A stretch of DNA of 64,000 nucleotides. Source: the human T2T-CHM13v2.0 reference genome, Homo sapiens. Positions 62,835-64,000 of the stretch are shown piece by piece. The notes below the pieces were generated by a model. That model had not been told where the DNA came from and did not search any database. It saw only the letters and a program-made list of their open reading frames with translations. Location: the NCBI RefSeq assembly GCF_009914755.1, contig NC_060930.1. One strand, written 5' to 3'. The stretch's first letter is position 1. Each line of letters begins with the position of its first letter. The position numbers were made by a program, and so were the translations under genes.

Positions 62835-63546
62835 TTAGCACTCTGGGAGTCCGTAGGCACAAAAATGGTAAAGGAGTTCAAGAAGAAATGCGTAGAACAC
62901 AGTCCCTGCCCCACAAGGTTCATGGCCTGGGAAAGGAAGACAGACATGAATAAATCATTGCCATAGGGTGACTGGGGTGAAGGGCGTTGGGGGTCGGGTG
63001 GGGTGCGGGAAGGAGTGGTGTAGGCAGAGGCATCCCTGAGGAGAAATGCAGCTGGTTTGGGAGAGGACGGCCATTCCAGCACACACGAAGGCTGATGCAC
63101 ATACGCGCAAGGGCTGGTCCCCAGAGCTGGTGGTTCTGGCCACGAGAGCTCATCACCTGGGGGCAGCTTCTGTACCTGCACCCTGTATGAGGCTCCGGGT
63201 CTGCCCTTCCTGGTCCATCCTCCAGACACACTGCCTGTTCTTCTCTCAGGTCCCGCTCCGGGCCCTCCTCCCAGAAGCCTCCCCTGACTAGTCCAGCTCA
63301 CCGTGACTCTTCTGAACTCATGGCGTTTACTGCCAAGGCTATTACGTTGGCGCTCGCTCATGTCATTATTAGGAAATATGCATTTTTACTGTCTTTGATG
63401 TTATTTAAACTTGCCTGTAAATTCTGTCTCTCTCAATTTTAAGTTCTGAGTAGAAACTACATATTTTTATTATTTATATTCTTATATTCTCCCATGGCAC
63501 CCGGCATTCGTGGACACATTGAGGAAGTAAGATAATGAATGAATGA

Positions 63547-63972
<426 letters not shown>

Positions 63973-64000
63973 TGATCTCATGTGTAGTTTTTTGGTTTTT

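Overview
Human (primate) genomic DNA, very Alu-rich. It is recognisable from its genes as the PSORS1 psoriasis-susceptibility interval of the MHC class I region (6p21.33). Two complete two-exon genes lie on the minus strand: C6orf15/STG (CDS 42283-42217 + 42019-41109, 325 aa) and CDSN/corneodesmosin (CDS 50143-50059 + 47254-45750, 529 aa). Both reading frames join correctly across GT-AG phase-1 introns. CDSN is nested antisense inside intron 1 of plus-strand PSORS1C1, whose first three exons (about 44517-44619, 55402-55565, 59291-59367) are in the window. The first ~39 kb is intergenic. It holds most of the window's ~60 Alu copies or fragments, old L1 pieces, solo LTRs (MER61-like, MER50-like, MLT), DNA-transposon MITEs and a 5'-truncated U6 retropseudogene. 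I found no evidence of a wholly new multi-gene system. The observations most worth following up are: (i) C6orf15 and CDSN look like ancient tandem paralogues, sharing the signal-peptide exon, intron phase, an LPG..A.SIG junction and an [G/C]ATAAAG core box; (ii) the 11-aa WG repeat of C6orf15 resembles the prion-protein N-terminus and follows a furin-type site; (iii) the CDSN copy carries the psoriasis-associated TTC plus 971T alleles; (iv) the PSORS1C1 leader is dense in uORFs, one with an AUGA stop/start overlap; (v) a datable inverted duplication sits inside an L1 at 18.1-19.3 kb; (vi) a U6-polyA-Alu composite lies inside one target-site duplication. Repeat family names are from recall of consensus sequences, not from a search, and their boundaries are approximate.
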